This document shows, piece after piece, positions 1 to 686 of a stretch of DNA of 686 nt. A program made the position numbers and the translations under genes. How positions within the stretch are numbered: position 1 is the stretch's first letter; every line of letters begins with the position of its first letter. The DNA lies in NCBI RefSeq assembly GCF_003334815.1, contig NZ_QOWO01000122.1. One strand, 5' to 3'. The notes below the pieces were generated by a model that was not told the DNA's origin, did no database searches, and worked only from the letters and a program-made list of their open reading frames with translations. Source of the DNA: Escherichia coli. GTDB lineage: Bacteria > Pseudomonadota > Gammaproteobacteria > Enterobacterales > Enterobacteriaceae.

Positions 1-686
1 CTCTCCCGCACCTACAGCAGTTACCGGACAAAAACGCCCGCGCCGGTGGGGAGCCTCGGCCCCGGCTGGAAAATGCCTGCGGATATCCGCTTACAGCTGC
101 GCGATAACACACTGATACTCAGTGATAACGGCGGCAGAAGCCTGTATTTTGAGCACCTGTTTCCCGGTGAGGACGGTTACAGCCGCAGCGAGTCACTGTG
201 GCTGGTGCGCGGCGGCGTGGCGAAACTGGATGAAGGTCACCGGCTGGCCGCACTCTGGCAGGCGCTGCCGGAAGAACTCCGCTTAAGTCCGCATCGTTAT
301 CTGGCGACAAACAGTCCGCAGGGGCCGTGGTGGCTGCTCGGCTGGTGTGAGCGGGTGCCGGAAGCGGATGAGGTGCTGCCTGCGCCGCTGCCGCCGTACC
401 GGGTACTGACCGGGCTGGTGGACCGCTTCGGGCGCACACAGACGTTCCACCGCGAAGCCGCCGGTGAATTCAGCGGCGAAATCACCGGCGTGACGGATGG
501 TGCCGGGCGTCACTTCCGGCTGGTACTGACCACGCAGGCGCAGCGGGCAGAAGAAGCCCGGCAGCAGGCCATTTCCGGCGGGACGGAACCGTCCGCTTTT
601 CCTGATACCCTGCCGGGTTACACCGAATATGGCCGGGACAACGGCATCCGTCTGTCTGCCGTGTGGCTGACGCACGACCCGGAATA
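1..686 (+). CDS. rhsD: Rhs family core protein (YD-repeat polymorphic toxin), internal fragment of the conserved N-terminal region; partial at both ends
   Basis: Seen in sequence: frame +1 is open over the whole window (228 codons, no stop; last complete codon 682-684). About three quarters of the first 40 codons end in G/C, typical of a real GC-rich gene. Recognised from memory, not a database search: blocks such as LSRTYSSYRTKTPAPVG, SRSESLWLVRGG, SPQGPWWLLGW, VLPAPLPPYRVLTG, GEITGVTDGAGRHFRLVLTTQAQRAEEAR and IRLSAVWLTHDPEY match the N-terminal conserved region of E. coli-type Rhs core proteins, about residues 74-301 of a roughly 1400-aa protein by my estimate. The true start would then be about 220 bp upstream and the stop more than 3 kb downstream. 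The symbol is tentative: residues look closer to what I recall of the RhsD/RhsE subfamily than to RhsA/B/C, but I cannot verify this without an alignment. Family-level confidence is high; paralog-level confidence is about 0.5. Confidence 0.9.
414..421 (+). other. Chi octamer (5'-GCTGGTGG-3'), the RecBCD recombination hotspot motif of E. coli and relatives
   Basis: Seen in sequence: exact GCTGGTGG at 414-421 on the + strand, embedded in codons G-L-V-D (ggG CTG GTG Gac). Established knowledge: this octamer is the Chi site recognised by E. coli RecBCD. Its relevance depends on the host being E. coli-like and on orientation relative to replication, which cannot be determined from this window. The confidence value is for functional relevance, not for the sequence match. 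Confidence 0.4.

Noticed and set aside
73-75. ATG at 73-75 as a possible start codon for the + strand gene, with GGGGAG at 48-53 as a possible ribosome-binding site
   Set aside because: The same frame is open upstream to base 1 and the upstream residues (LSRTYSSYRTKTPAPVGSLGPGWK) are themselves recognisable Rhs sequence, so this Met is internal. The GGGGAG is about 19 nt from the ATG, too far for a functional Shine-Dalgarno spacing.
119-439. Minus-strand ORF of 106 aa from the six-frame track
   Set aside because: Same reasoning: antisense to the Rhs frame, Ala/Pro/Arg-rich low-complexity translation, and overlapping the other minus-strand ORFs in a different frame. Almost certainly a GC-driven artefact.
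297-485. Minus-strand ORF of 62 aa from the six-frame track
   Set aside because: Short, antisense and nested within the other spurious minus-strand ORFs, with a Ser/Gly/Arg-rich translation and no recognisable domain. No support for a real gene.
402-531. 10-bp direct repeat GGTACTGACC at 402-411 and 522-531, exactly 120 bp apart
   Set aside because: Both copies are in the same codon phase and encode V-L-T (RVLTG and LVLTT). This is best explained by repeated use of the same preferred codons for a recurring short peptide motif. It is too short and isolated to indicate a mobile-element end, attachment site or CRISPR-like repeat.
283-675. Minus-strand ORF of 130 aa from the six-frame track
   Set aside because: It lies entirely antisense to the well-supported + strand Rhs reading frame. 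Its translation is Arg/Pro/Gln-rich low complexity with no motif I recognise. Long antisense ORFs are expected by chance in 65% GC coding DNA because stop codons are AT-rich.
1-686. Possibility that the window encodes a novel, previously undescribed system
   Set aside because: The entire window is explained by one conserved, well-characterised protein-family region (Rhs core N-terminus). There is no intergenic space, no unexplained ORF and no unexplained repeat structure. Any novelty at this locus would lie in the downstream variable tip and immunity region, which is not in the window.

Overview
The whole 686-bp window is coding sequence, internal to a single + strand gene. Frame +1 (codons at 1-3, 4-6, ...) is open from the first to the last base: 228 codons, no stop, and no credible start inside the window. 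The translation reads LSRTYSSYRTKTPAPVGSLGPGWKMPADIRLQLRDNTLILSDNGGRSLYFEHLFPGEDGYSRSESLWLVRGGVAKLDEGHRLAALWQALPEELRLSPHRYLATNSPQGPWWLLGWCERVPEADEVLPAPLPPYRVLTGLVDRFGRTQTFHREAAGEFSGEITGVTDGAGRHFRLVLTTQAQRAEEARQQAISGGTEPSAFPDTLPGYTEYGRDNGIRLSAVWLTHDPEY. I recognise this as the conserved N-terminal region of an enterobacterial Rhs (rearrangement hot spot, YD-repeat) core protein, a polymorphic toxin family, lying after the N-terminal PAAR-like segment and before the first canonical YD repeats. Hand-counted GC is about 65% (444/686), which fits the known GC-rich character of Rhs cores. The only other element I can point to is one exact Chi octamer (GCTGGTGG, 414-421, + strand). I see no RNA gene, CRISPR array, mobile-element end, promoter or terminator, and none is expected inside an ORF. 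I do not see a novel system here. The parts of an Rhs locus that can be new (the variable C-terminal toxin tip after the PxxxxDPxGL motif, and the immunity gene) would lie roughly 3 kb or more downstream, outside this window. The three minus-strand ORFs in the supplied track are, in my judgement, antisense artefacts of GC-rich coding DNA.
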